This document shows positions 39,488 through 52,340 of a DNA stretch of 64,000 bases, piece by piece (the stretch's first letter is position 1; each line of letters starts with the position of its first letter). This stretch comes from Octopus sinensis (taxonomy: Eukaryota). The stretch spans positions 52,204,001-52,268,000 of the forward strand of contig NC_043001.1 of NCBI RefSeq assembly GCF_006345805.1, given 5' to 3'. Under the pieces are notes generated by a model. That model was not told the DNA's origin. It did no database searches and saw only the letters and a list, made by a program, of their open reading frames with translations. Position numbers and translations under genes: made by a program.

Positions 39488-40775
39488 TTAGGTTGTCAAG
39501 AAAGTTCTTGCGGTTTTTAGCCTTTAAATTTAGATGCATATATCTCGGCTTAAACAAAACTTTATTAATCGAAATAAACACCATCAGAATCAACACACTT
39601 TTGTCAACGCGAAACAAGTTTATTCATGCCAGTAGCGTAAAAATCCTGCGTTCTGGTGGCGATGAAGTCGTTGAAGGCGTGTTTGGTATCGTCTTGGTTT
39701 TTGAAGCATTTCTCACGCAGGAAGTTGTCGAGATGCTTGAAAAAGTGGTAGTCGGTAGGCTAGAGGTCTGATGAGTCGGATGAGGCAGAGTTTCGTAGCC
39801 TAATTCGTTTAAATTCTGGAGGGTTAGTTGTGCGACGTGCGGTCGAGTGTTGTCGTGGAGAAGAATTGGTCCTTTTCTATTGTCCAATGCTGGCTGTTGT
39901 GGTCGAAGTTTCTTATGCATTCCAACCATTTTCTGACGGTACTTCTCCGCCGTAATAGTTTCGACTTGATCCAAAACGCTGTGAGGGATGAGAACGACCG
40001 CAGACCACCAAACAGTCACCATGATCTTCGTTTGATGCAACTTTGGTTTCAGGAAATGCCGTGGAGCTTCGTCGGCGTCCAACCATTGAGCTGGGCGTTA
40101 TGGTTGTCGTAAAGAATCGATTTATCATCGCAAGTCACAATCCCGTTGAGAAACGGGTCGTTCTTGTTGCGTAAATAGAGGGAAGAGGACACTTCAAAAC
40201 GGCGTTTGTTTTTTTTTTTTGTTGTTGTTCAATTCGAGCGGCACCCATTTCTCAAGTATTTTTGATTTTCAATCTCTTTCAAGTGGTTGGAAATTGTCGT
40301 ATACGTTACGTCTAATTCTGAAGCAAGCTCTCGAACAGTTGTGCGTGGATTGGCTTCCACTAAGACTCTTAGTGGATCGTTGTCAACATCCAATTGCCGA
40401 CCACTACGCTTGTCATCTTCAAGACACTCGTCCCCGCTACGAAATTTCTTGAACTATCATTGTGCTGTACGTTCATTTGTGGTTCCTGGGCCAAACGCAT
40501 CGTTGATATCGCGAGCCGTTTCAGCAGCTTTTCGGCCTACCTTGAACTGGAATAAGAAAATTGTGCGAATTTGCTTTTTGTCCATGTTGCATTCAACGTT
40601 CTGGAAAAAATAGATTAATTATTCAAAAGGAAAAAGTGTAACACGATTAAATAGAGCGAAATAACAGGCTTTAAAATGATATATAAAGTCAAAGTAATTT
40701 AACGAAAATTAATTTGAAAATACATAATTTAAAACCAAAATTAACAATTCCGGAAGAACTTTCTTGACAACCTAA
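39488..40775 (-). mobile_element. full-length mariner (1288 bp), Hsmar1/cecropia-like, defective
   Basis: perfect 22-bp TIRs ttaggttgtcaagaaagttctt, TA on both sides, transposase relic inside. Confidence 0.97.
39565..40585 (-). pseudogene. mariner transposase pseudogene
   Basis: MDKKQIRTIFLFQFKVGRKAAETARDIN.AFGPGT.NERT; WVP; KLHQTKIMVTVWWS; LLHDNTRPH; LPHP. Contains stops and frameshifts. Confidence 0.93.
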
Positions 40776-41699
40776 TATAATGGCCACCAAATGGTTATAA
40801 TGGTTACTGAATCCCATTTTTAATGCAAAATTATAATTACATTAGTAATTTTTGCGAATTTCGTACATTGGCTCTTGTTGAACCGTTGATATGCTTGAAT
40901 AAGATACACACCATAAAAGTAGCCCAGCGGCATTTATCGCTCAGTCAAAGAAGATTTACATGTCTCTGCTTGATCGTTACTGTATCAATTTTGGCATCAT
41001 ATGTGGAAGTTAAATATTCTGCCTCCATCAGCAAAGTTTGCTTAAAGTATGATTTTTTTGCTAGCTGATAATTCTGAGATTAATTCATGTAAATTACAGG
41101 AATTAATGCTGTGGTGCATGTTAATTACATTTATAGAGTGCTTGAGGTAGTTCGATATTTTAATGTGAAGGTTTCCTTAGTTTATCAAGTAGAAGTTTGA
41201 TGCTAAATCATCCTATTCAGTAAACAAATTATATGTTTGAATATTCATTTTACGCAAAAAAAGTCATTCGGAGAACATACATCGCTCCAAACGATTTTGA
41301 TGTAGGACATGAATGAAACGATATCATGCTGAAATTGAATTTAGCATCCACGTTTTATATATTCTAAGCTTTAGAACCTGAACCTGTAAAAAACAAATAT
41401 ATACTCTATTATATCCTCTTATGGTCATATATATCTGCAACCAAAGTGTCTAGTTTATTTCCAAGGTGACTAATACCCAGGCAAGTTATGAAAAGCCCCA
41501 TTACATACTTCATGTATTATAACGTCGGTGCGTCAGTGTGTCGTTTTCATAAACTTTACAAATTGGAAATATTTTGCTCTGAAGAAGAAAAGGTTAACGG
41601 TTCTAGTAGAACACGTTATTAGAAAGGATGCTGAATGTATAAGATTGGAAATATTCAGTGCAATGAGTAAATATTTAATCGCTCTCTCTCTGTCTCAAC

Positions 41700-41732
<33 letters not shown>

Positions 41733-41889
41733 CCTCTCTCTCTCTCTCACTCTGTCCTTTCTTCTATCTCTAACTGTGGTTAAAAATTGTAACAGAAACG
41801 TTAGCCCTTTTGCTCACGACAAAATAATCTACTCTGCTTTTACATTATGTACATAATTCATCTCTTAAGTATAGAACTGTATTATCTAA

Positions 41890-44045
41890 TCGGTACGGAG
41901 CCGGCATTAGACTTCAATGGAAACATATAGAGAAACTCCATCATAAACTAACTCGGTTTTTCAAACCATCTAACTTTACTGTGTAGATGTAGAGACTCAA
42001 AGCTAATACCACCTGGCTTGAATATAATGACACCAGTGGATACATATAAAGCTAGAAGAGTAGCGGAAAGGGGAGGACATGCCTCGTCCGTGAGAGGGTC
42101 CATTACAACCGTTGAAAAAAACATCAACTAAATAACGAAATCAAAGAGAGGTTATCTTCATTACTTAGGAAAATAACCAGAGATGATGATAGAAAGAGAA
42201 TCCAACAAGATCTAGAAAAGTCGTACATGAAAGAATTTGAAATGGTGAAGACACGCCAGATTAAGAAGTTTATGAAACCCTGAAGAAACAGTACTAAACA
42301 AAGGTCCCAACTTTGCGACAACCATTAACTGCATTACATATTTGGACATAATAGCCCCTATTGAAGAGATAGCCGTAAAAATACCAAAAACTCAGGGAGA
42401 TGAACTAAGGTGGAAAGTGAGACAGGTGTTGGAAAAAGCGAAACTTCCCAAACCAATCATTACTAAGGAAGAAAAGTTCTCTATCAAAAGACTACAGAGT
42501 GACAATTCCATCATTATACTTCCAGCGGACATTGGAAGTGCTACAGTGGTGATGAACAAGTCTGACTACTCGCAAAAATTGACAAGACTTATAAGTGATG
42601 GTAGCTACAGCAAAGTAAAGAAAGACCCAACTCTGAAAACAGAGAGGAAGTTCTCACAGATCTTGATCAAGAACAAGGACCACTTTACACCAATAAAGTA
42701 CAGACAACTGACTCAACACTACAATAAACTACCATACATGTACGGTCTCCCTAAGATTCACAAGGACGGTATTCCATTAAGACCTATAGTGAGCTATAGG
42801 TCATTCACTGAGCCGCTTCCTTGTGGATATAACCAATCCATTAGCAGGAAAGTCAACATCAGAGTGAAGAATTCCACCCACTTCACAGAATTGATCAAGG
42901 ATACCAACATTGGATCCAATCGGATGGTGAGTCTAGTTGTGGTAAGTCTGCTCACCAAAGTCTTAACTGGTGAAGCACTATCGGTGATTCAAGAAAAACT
43001 AATGACAGACACCCATCTAAAAGAACGCACTAGTATACCAATAAGACATTTGATGGAAATGTTGAGATTCTGTGTAGAAACTACCTATTTCAGTATCGAC
43101 ACTGATATATATCGACAAGAAGTGGGTTTAGCTATCGGTTCACCGATAATAGCCAATATGTACATGAAATACTTTGAGAATTTGGCTTTATGAACGACAC
43201 CACTAAAGCCAACTCTATGTTGATGACACCTTTATTTTCTGGCCCCACCAGGAAGATGTCCGAGAGCTGTTAGATCAAGTAAACTCAATAAAGCCATCCA
43301 TACAGTTCACAATAGAAAAGGAAAAAGACAACCAGCTAGCATTCCTGGACGTATTAATAACACGCACCAAGTATGGATTCATGACATCCGGATACCGCAA
43401 GCCGATCTTCACTGGACAATACCTTAACTTCAATTCCCACTATCCATACAGTGTAAAGAGGATTGCTCAGTGCCTTAAACATCGAGAAAAGAATATAAGT
43501 AGCGATCGTGATACCCACTATGAAGAAATCATCAAGCTCAGTAATAATATATTAAGCAACAACTACCCCCCACTAAAACATACTATCTACTCCAATTATG
43601 AAGAAAGGAGGGGATACAACCAATAGAGTCTGTCTACAGTCTGCCTACCCTATGTGAAAGCCCTCTCCGAAAAGATACAAAACATATACGGCAGATATGA
43701 CATCAGGACAGTATTCAAGAGCAGTACAACATTTCACAAATATCTCCTTTGGGTAAAACTACCAATAGAAGAGAATATGACCAAAGACTGCGGGTACTCC
43801 ATCCCATGCAGCTATGGTAGGTTATACAAAGGCGAATCATACTGCTCCCTCCTCAAAATAAGGGTAGAGGGACATCGCAAAACTGTGACACGATGAGATA
43901 TTGATAAATCGGGTATAGCTGATCATGTATGGAAAAATGGAGACCACCTCCCCCTGTGGGATGAAGTTAATAGACAGAAAACACCACTGGAAAATAGGAA
44001 AATTAAAAGAAACAGCACGTATGCTAGGACACAACAACCTCCTTA
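41890..44045 (+). mobile_element. Penelope-like retroelement (Poseidon-like), near-complete ORF, degraded
   Basis: N-terminal NHL.LL.RCRDSKLIPPGL; ORF 42342-43193 ILPAD.GSATVVMNK..YGLPKIHKDGIPLRPIVS..GLAIGSPIIANMYM; YVDD region; GQYLNFNSHYP; terminal YSIPCS.GRLY.GE GIY-YIG remnant. Confidence 0.93.
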
Positions 44046-44245
44046 GCAGTAGCGCCGGCTACTAACCCCAAGATTCCGAGTTCGATTCCATGCAGTGACC
44101 TGAACAACATCAAGAACAACACCTTAGGAATGAGGACCCATGTTCGAAATTTCCCCAAGACACCAAAACAACAAACAAGATGAGGACAAATATCCTTCAA
44201 ATGTAAATAATGTACATAATTCCTCATCTCTTAAATATAGAACTC
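44046..44245 (+). mobile_element. tRNA-like head fragment plus interspersed repeat abutting the PLE end
   Basis: gagttcgattcc B-box-like motif; element identity not established. Confidence 0.4.
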
Positions 44246-47200
44246 TGTTCTGCTTTGTCAACATATTTCACTTACTATTAGTTGGCACTAGTTTCTTAGT
44301 GCTGATTATATTTCATTACGTTTAAAACTGACCTAAAAGTGTCTTCTAGAAGAAATTTTTTTTATTAAGCAATGAAAAGACTAGATCGTATTATGTATCT
44401 ATAGCAATTTTGGTAGTCTAAATTGGTAGCTGAAGTTCGTTTGTGTGACTTGTCCGGAAAAACTCAAAAGCTGGTTCTGTGGTGGGGCATAATTTTACTG
44501 AAATAAAATGAATGGCCATCACCTCCTCCACCTCCACCACCACCACCTCCTCCTCCACTTTGTCGTCGTCTCCTTGTCCTGCATTTCGTCCTCTCCTTCT
44601 TCCTCCTCTTTCTCCTCTGTCAGTCAGTCCCTGTTTTTTTTTTCTTGCTTCTTAACACGTATTGCACCCAAAAGTGAGCTCCTACTTGGTTGCTCGACTG
44701 CTAGAAATAGCAAAGAAATTTCCCTTGTATCATATTCAACTATCTTTAAAAAGCGTTCATGGAATAATGTAATGCATGATTAACTGTTTCACGAATAAAA
44801 GAATATGCGATAGCCATGGTGAAATGCCTTTTGCTCATTAGTTTGCTTTGATGGGAGCAACACAACATTTGATAGGAGCAAAACAAAGATTGGACGTTAA
44901 AACATCAGCGATAACAACGGAATCTGTAACAATTGCAATTTCGTGATATATATATATGTATATATGCACTGGTATAAAGAAAGTTCAGAGAAATTTTCCA
45001 TGCCAATTATTTGGTTTATCGCTAACTAATCAAGCTCTATCTGATAATGAAGGGAAACATTTCCCTTCACAGCCATAAACTAATTTTATCTCATTCTTTC
45101 ATGATAGACAGCAAACATTTTACACAGTACTACTTAATAAACGTTTCTCTCTCAAATACTGTAGAAGTGTGTCTCATCTGTATGTGTCTCAGCTGGCAAG
45201 TAATGGAAGTAGGGATAAAATCTATGTGTAGTCGCTTTACCTGCAGCAATACTGGGTAAAATATCCTATTGCCTTAAATAAGAAGAGAACATTTTATATA
45301 ATGAAGTTTTACATAGCTTTAAGTATATAGGAACGTCATGTTTCGATTGCATTAGCCAGTAAATCTGTTTGATCAAAGGTGGCCTGAAAATAAGCCACAA
45401 CAAGAACAACAATTATTGTGAGTGCCGGCCATCTAATCAGAGTTGATTTAGGGCCTTCCCTAGCTCATGAATTTTCGTAGGAGCGTTGAATGCATACATA
45501 CAGAAAGACAAACATATGCATCTATACACATATATTCGCATACGTAGCGACATATTGCCAAAGGTTATGTACACTTTCCTTCTAACAAACCAACTCATAT
45601 TGGTTGGCCGGAGGCTATTGTAGAAGTCTGTTGCCTACGGTACCATGTGAAATGAAAGTAGTTTATATAATATATCTCAAAATTTATGAGTACACTCACA
45701 TTCCTTTGTAACAGTGACTTCTCTTTCCTTTCTACTTGAAACGTTCTATTAAATTTTACAATACTGTTTTTCTCTTACATGCTTTTTAATCTGAAGATTT
45801 TGACGTCAATCTATTTTCAAAATGTTTTATGTTTCTTTTACATCTTTGCTACCATGTCTTACCATTTTTCACATCATTAATAACGTAATTGATTTCTTTG
45901 ATTTAATGTTCGTTCTTGTAAATAAACTAAATATGGAAACAAAAAAAGCCAGCATATTTTAAAAGAATTTGAGATAGGCAAAATATCAAAACTTTCAAAG
46001 AATTTAATAATCCGAAAAGTGTATAACTCACAAATAATTTAACTATTTAAATATTTTGGTAGTGAGACTATTTTATAACACCGCCAGTATTTTCAATGAA
46101 TGACCTGAGGAGATTGCTTCGTTAATACCATAAACCATTATCAGTGCTTCCAAAATACATATATCAGTGTGTGTGTGTGTGAGTGTGTGTGTATGTGTGC
46201 ATGTGTGTGTGTGTGTGTTTGTGGTTGGTTGTGTGCACTTACATGTATACCTCCATATATAAATACACGTAAACTATATAATATATATATTATTATTTAT
46301 GACCGAAGCATTTATAAATTTATGAGTAACAAAAATATCAATATAAATATAATTAAGGTGGAAGGAAGGTAGTCGTTAGTAGTCCTTCACAGACCTAAAG
46401 ATATCCAGCATTTACATAAGCGAAAAATACAATTGGTAAAATATGAAGAGCATGCATCGTATCTCTTTACAGCATTTTCTTATATGCGGCGACAAATTGA
46501 TGTAGTAATGTACACCCAAAATATGCAATAAATTAATGTGCATATATAATTAAGAAATAAGTAAATTTATAAAGTCCTTCATCCATGAATAATTGCGAGA
46601 AGTTGCCTACATGAGAAATTGGATTATACAGCAATAATAAAGGTGAAGAAGTATAAGTGAGATCATATTACTACAAGTGAGGAAGATAGCGAGAGGAAGA
46701 TAGATATATAAGATAGATAGATAGATAGATATATAATAACGAGAAAGAATAGAAAAAGGTTGAATCAAGGTAAGGGTAGAGAGGGAATTAAGATAAGTAT
46801 TCATAAAAAATAAACGGCTATCCAGATACGACGACAAAAGGACTAGGCATATCATAAGTCACACAGTAAAGAGATATGGTAAGGGCGTATAGCAAAGAAA
46901 TAATTAAAGAACGAAGACACGAAGGAAAATTCAACTAAAATCCTCCATGGCGCGAAAATCCAACTAAAATCCTCCATGGCGCGAACATTAGTTCAAATAT
47001 CTTGCTGTAAATATATTTTGCTTGCATGCAAGCATTTATAATAAATAATTTAGGGAAGAAAATTTGATACTAGTAAGAATGAAGGCCATGGAGAAAATAA
47101 TGGGAAAATATGATATTTATACGATTGTAAATTTTTTAATTAAAAGTTTAAGTCTATGCATCGTAAATATCCATTATGTATAAAGATATCTAAGTTAAGC

Positions 47201-47815
47201 TAAACTAAGAGAAATGCAAAAATATGGAATAGGGATAGAGCAAAGTTAATACAAACAAATGTCATTGAATTAAAAATAAATAAATATGTAATACGAATAA
47301 AACCAAAAGATCTATGGTAAAACGAAAAGAATCAATGACTGCAAAGGATGATAGCGTCTCTCTGACTGTTCAAAAGATGGTCACTCTTACCTCATTTGAA
47401 TCGATTCTTTGTTACAGAGATCACATAGTATGCAACAAATTTGACATGACCTTCCTGTTTGAATGAAGATTAAGTAACTTTGTAAGGCATGCTATTGTTC
47501 TTGAAACAGTGCATTTAATGTGCTGAAATAGACGTTTGGCATTTGGCAGAAATAAATAGCGTCTCTTAAACTGGATGGAGGAACCTGGTTTATATTCTAG
47601 CTGAATTTGTCCATTATGTAAGTTGCAATTATAGACAACATTATTTCTCAAGTGATAACCATTCAAGGGCAAACAATGTGTACTCTGCCGTTGCATTTAT
47701 TTTCATCACAAACATTGTCAATAGTTCAATTATTCGTATTCATGTTTGCGTTTATTGTCTATGCTACTGTTAACAATAAATACGCTATCATTCATATTAT
47801 GATTAGTGATACTCC

Positions 47816-47880
<65 letters not shown>

Positions 47881-48592
47881 GAGAGAGCAGTGCATGTCAT
47901 CATAGTGACACTGGGGTAAAATATACGAAGCCCAGTATACCCATCATAACTACCCGTCTGATAAGGGTACACTAGGCACATGCATCAAAACCATATGTGC
48001 GCGACATGGTGATCTCCTTATTATTATTATTATTATTATTATTATTGAGTGAGAGAGCAGTGCATGCCATCAAAGTGACACTGGAGTAAAATATACGAAG
48101 CCCAGTATACCCATCATGACTACCCGTCTGATAAGGGTACACTAGGCACATGCATCACAACCATATGTGCGCGACATGGTGATCTCATATCAAAATAAAC
48201 ATAACATGACCTTGCAGGTGGGGTCCAGTTAGAATTTTCTTCAGGTCGAGTAACCCATCCCACTCGAAAGGTCCCTGAATAAGGGTTGTTTAAGGATGTT
48301 GAACGAAACACCCATGTTTCCAGAGGTGAATTATTCAAACCCCAAAGAATCCCTCTCAACACATGGCTATGATGCTCCCCCAGTACTTCTGCTCGTGAAC
48401 AGAGATGCACATATCGTCAGCCACTAAGGGACATGCTCAACGGGTTAAAGGCAAGCAAATCTGTGGTATTGAGCAGAATATTTGCTGTAGCCCAACTTTT
48501 ATACCAAGACAAAACAACGTACGTGATAACACTTCCAATCAGTTAAGATCAGAAGCCACGACAGCCACTGCCTGGTACTGAATCAGGGCATT
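47881..48592 (-). mobile_element. non-coding (TAA)n-flanked retroposon-like element plus a tandem 135-bp copy of its 3' end
   Basis: 47881-48016 duplicates 48050-48185 with a few substitutions; (ATT)n tracts on both sides and between the copies. Confidence 0.65.
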
Positions 48593-48612
48593 TATTATTA
48601 TTATTATCATTA

Positions 48613-48646
<34 letters not shown>

Positions 48647-48780
48647 CATTATTATTATTATTGTTATTATTATTATTATTATTATTATCATTATTATTAT
48701 TATTGTTATTATTATTATTATTATATTATTATTATTATTATTATTATTATTAGTAGTAGTAGTAGTAGTAGTAGTAGTAT
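48593..48780. repeat. (ATT)n/(AGT)n microsatellite
   Basis: direct reading. Confidence 0.95.
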
Positions 48781-49107
48781 TAATCGCAGCAACGCAGCAT
48801 CATTACTAGTAGTAAGGGTACTATTAACGTTGCCATAAATTTAATGCAAGAAAATTTCCTACATCTATTTCTTTTTTGTATTATTTTTATTGCTACTCCT
48901 TAATTTAGAATCTCTTCTCCTGAGTTTTCAATTTTCAGGATAGTAAAAGCGATGTTTTCTTAAGACCACTATCACGACTGTTGATACGAATAGCCAGTAC
49001 AAATACCGCTAACGGTTTTGCGTCGTTTGCTGATGTAGGATTTTATATATATTCTTCAAATACAGGGACAGGTATTGTTATATGGTAAGAAGTTTGCTCC
49101 CCTACCA

Positions 49108-49288
49108 CATGTATGTATGTAGGTATGTAGGTATGTATGTACTTATGTATGGATGTGAGTATCTAGGTATGTTAGTGTGTAGACGTGTCTGTTTGTGTAC
49201 ATATATGTATGTACATGTGAACGTATGTTTATCTACTGATATGCGTGTCTGTTCAAGTTGTAGACATGCTTGTTACTCTGTCAAAGGT

Positions 49289-49331
<43 letters not shown>

Positions 49332-49531
49332 CCTTTGAAAGAGTAACAGTCGTATATACAAATTGAACAGACACGTATATCAGTAGATAGACATACGTTC
49401 ACATGTATATACACATATATACACGCACAGACACGTCTACACACTAACATACCTAAATGCTCACATACATATATAAGTACATACATAGATACATAGATAC
49501 ATACATACATACATTCATACATACGTACATG
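49108..49531. repeat. long imperfect inverted repeat (~185-200-bp arms) centred on (TA)n
   Basis: gttactctgtcaaaggtt versus aacctttgaaagagtaac; ctactgatatgcgtgtctgttcaa versus ttgaacagacacgtatatcagtag; mirror-image ORF translations 49082(+) and 49253(-). Confidence 0.9.
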
Positions 49532-50152
49532 CATATCATGAACTAACTGCTACTTTCTTATATGCAGCACGGAATTTTGTCAGTGAACAGTTCGCGGTTT
49601 CAAAGCGAGGAATATAGTTTGACAAATTAATTTAAATGTTAAAGTGAATCTAACGGAATTTTGTGTTTTCAAATGGCCTATAAAAACCTTCCACACTGCA
49701 ATTGTTTATATATATATATGTTCAAAGAAACCTCTGTCTCTCCTTCCTACCTTTGCCTTTCTTCCTCATTCTCGATTATCCTGTTCCCTCCTGCTCTTTC
49801 CCTTTTCTCCAAACACGAAATTTTCTCTTGTAAACAAAGAATATATTTGAAAAGAAACCTCTTCTCTGATTTTCTTTCTCTTTCTCGATTGTTCTGATAC
49901 CCATATTTCTCTCTTTCTCCAAAAACCCACAAAAATAATGTCATTTTCTAAACAAAACAAAAAACATCCGATTCAAACGTTCTGTTTTCATCATTCTGTT
50001 TTTAATTTATTTCGGTTAAACGAACGAAAGCGCTAATAAAGAATTATCCAAGATTCTGACTGCTTCCTTTTTCTCATTATGCAATACCTGTACACTACTT
50101 CAAACGCATAAACTCTCTGTGTATATATATATAACACATACGCACACACATA

Positions 50153-50204
<52 letters not shown>

Positions 50205-51089
50205 CACATATGTATATAACTTATATATACATATATGGATATTTTTATAAACACATACACACATATATAAGGTTAGCTGAGTTAGAGGTTAAAATAACCG
50301 TCTAAGGGATAAAAGTATCCATTTTACAACCGGTATGTGTAGACGTTTTATGCTCATAAATTATTGGTAAAAGCAAGGATAAACAGTTTATCATGAATCA
50401 AGATTTAAAGAAAACACAAAATTGAGATAATATTGATGAACAATTTATTTGTTCCAATTATAATTTATTAATTATTTATAAAAAAACTGCATCCAATCTA
50501 AAAGCTGTTTCTGCTGTCAATGTCCTTTGGTATCACCGTTATTATGCTAAAAATGTATACCATAGTTGGTAATTGAACCGATTTGAATCATGGAGCGTCT
50601 TAGGGAGATACACACACAACATGATTTGATTCTCCCCGTATTCAGCCTTTCCTTCTTCTTTTCTTATCTCTTCTTTTTATTTATTTATTTTTCACGCTGA
50701 TATAAATTTTAGCATAAAAATGGCGACAACAAAGAACATGGACAGCCGAAAAAGCTGCTAGATGAGATGCAGTCGTTTTGTAAGTAATTAATAAATAATA
50801 ATTTATGCAAATCAATTGTTATTCATCAATATTATTTCCATTTAATGTTTTCTTTATATTCTCTAATTCTCTTATTTGTTTCAGTCATTTAACTGCGGTC
50901 ATGATGGAGCATCGACCCCAGGACTCAGTCTTTGTAAGCCTAGTATTTATTCTGTCGGTTTCTTTTGCCGAACCCTAAGTCACGGAGTCGTAAACACACC
51001 AATATCGATTGTCAAGCACTTGTAGGGGAACAAACACAGACACACAAACAAATACGCACACAGATATATATACACACACAGACATATAT

Positions 51090-51168
<79 letters not shown>

Positions 51169-52068
51169 ACACATATGTATATAACTTATATATACATATA
51201 TGGATATTTTTATAAACACATACACACATATATAAGGTTAGCTGAGTTAGAGGTTAAAATAACCGTCTAAGGGATAAAAGTATCCATTTTACAACCGGTA
51301 TGTGTAGACGTTTTATGCTCATAAATTATTGGTAAAAGCAAGGATAAACAGTTATCATGAATCAAGATTTAAAGAAAACACAAAATTGAGATAATATTGA
51401 TGAACAATTTATTTGTTCCAATTATAATTTATTAATTATTTATAAAAAAACTGCATCCAATCTAAAAGCTGTTTCTGCTGTCAATGTCCTTTGGTATCAC
51501 CGTTATTATGCTAAAAATGTATACCATAGTTGGTAATTGAACCGATTTGAATCATGGAGCGTCTTAGGGAGATACACACACAACATGATTTGATTCTCCC
51601 CGTATTCAGCCTTTCCTTCTTCTTTTCTTATCTCTTCTTTTTATTTATTTATTTTTCACGCTGATATAAATTTTAGCATAAAAATGGCGACAACAAAGAA
51701 CATGGACAGCCGAAAAAGCTGCTAGATGAGATGCAGTCGTTTTGTAAGTAATTAATAAATAATAATTTATGCAAATCAATTGTTATTCATCAATATTATT
51801 TCCATTTAATGTTTTCTTTATATTCTCTAATTCTCTTATTTGTTTCAGTCATTTAACTGCGGTCATGATGGAGCATCGACCCCAGGACTCAGTCTTTGTA
51901 AGCCTAGTATTTATTCTGTCGGTTTCTTTTGCCGAACCCTAAGTCACGGAGTCGTAAACACACCAATATCGGTTGTCAAGCACTTGTAGGGGAACAAACA
52001 CAGACACACAAACAAATACGCACACAGATATATATACACACACAGACATATATATATATATATATATA
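50205..52068. repeat. near-perfect tandem duplication, unit ~965 bp
   Basis: 50205-51169 is repeated from 51170; only a few differences seen (cagtttatc/cagttatc, atcgattg/atcggttg); junctions lie in (TA)n. Confidence 0.95.
50866..51085 (-). mobile_element. family-A SINE 3' half (duplicated with the tandem unit)
   Basis: essentially identical to 51826-52045. Confidence 0.85.
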
Positions 52069-52299
52069 AATACGACGGGCTTCTTTCAGTTTCCGTCTAC
52101 CAAACCTATTAATCCACTCACAAGGCTTTGGTCGGCCTGAGCCTACAGTAGAAGACACTTGCCCAAGGTGCCACGTAGTGGGGATGAATACAGAACCATG
52201 TGGTTTGTAAGCAAGCTACTTTATTTAATTTTATTTGCCATAAAGGCAGTATACAGAGCATACTGTAAGGAAGCTACTTACCACACAGACACTCCTGCG

Positions 52300-52301
<2 letters not shown>
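51826..52301 (-). mobile_element. family-A SINE, full length, with a 50-bp insertion in its tRNA head
   Basis: homology to other copies; insertion 52221-52270 flanked by aagctact direct repeats. Confidence 0.88.

Positions 52302-52340
<39 letters not shown>

Noticed and set aside
46932-46985. 25-bp direct repeat with a 29-bp period
   Set aside because: Only two units with a 4-bp gap; a local slippage duplication, not a CRISPR array.
47019-47034. 16-bp perfect palindrome tgcttgcatgcaagca
   Set aside because: Isolated, with no supporting context.
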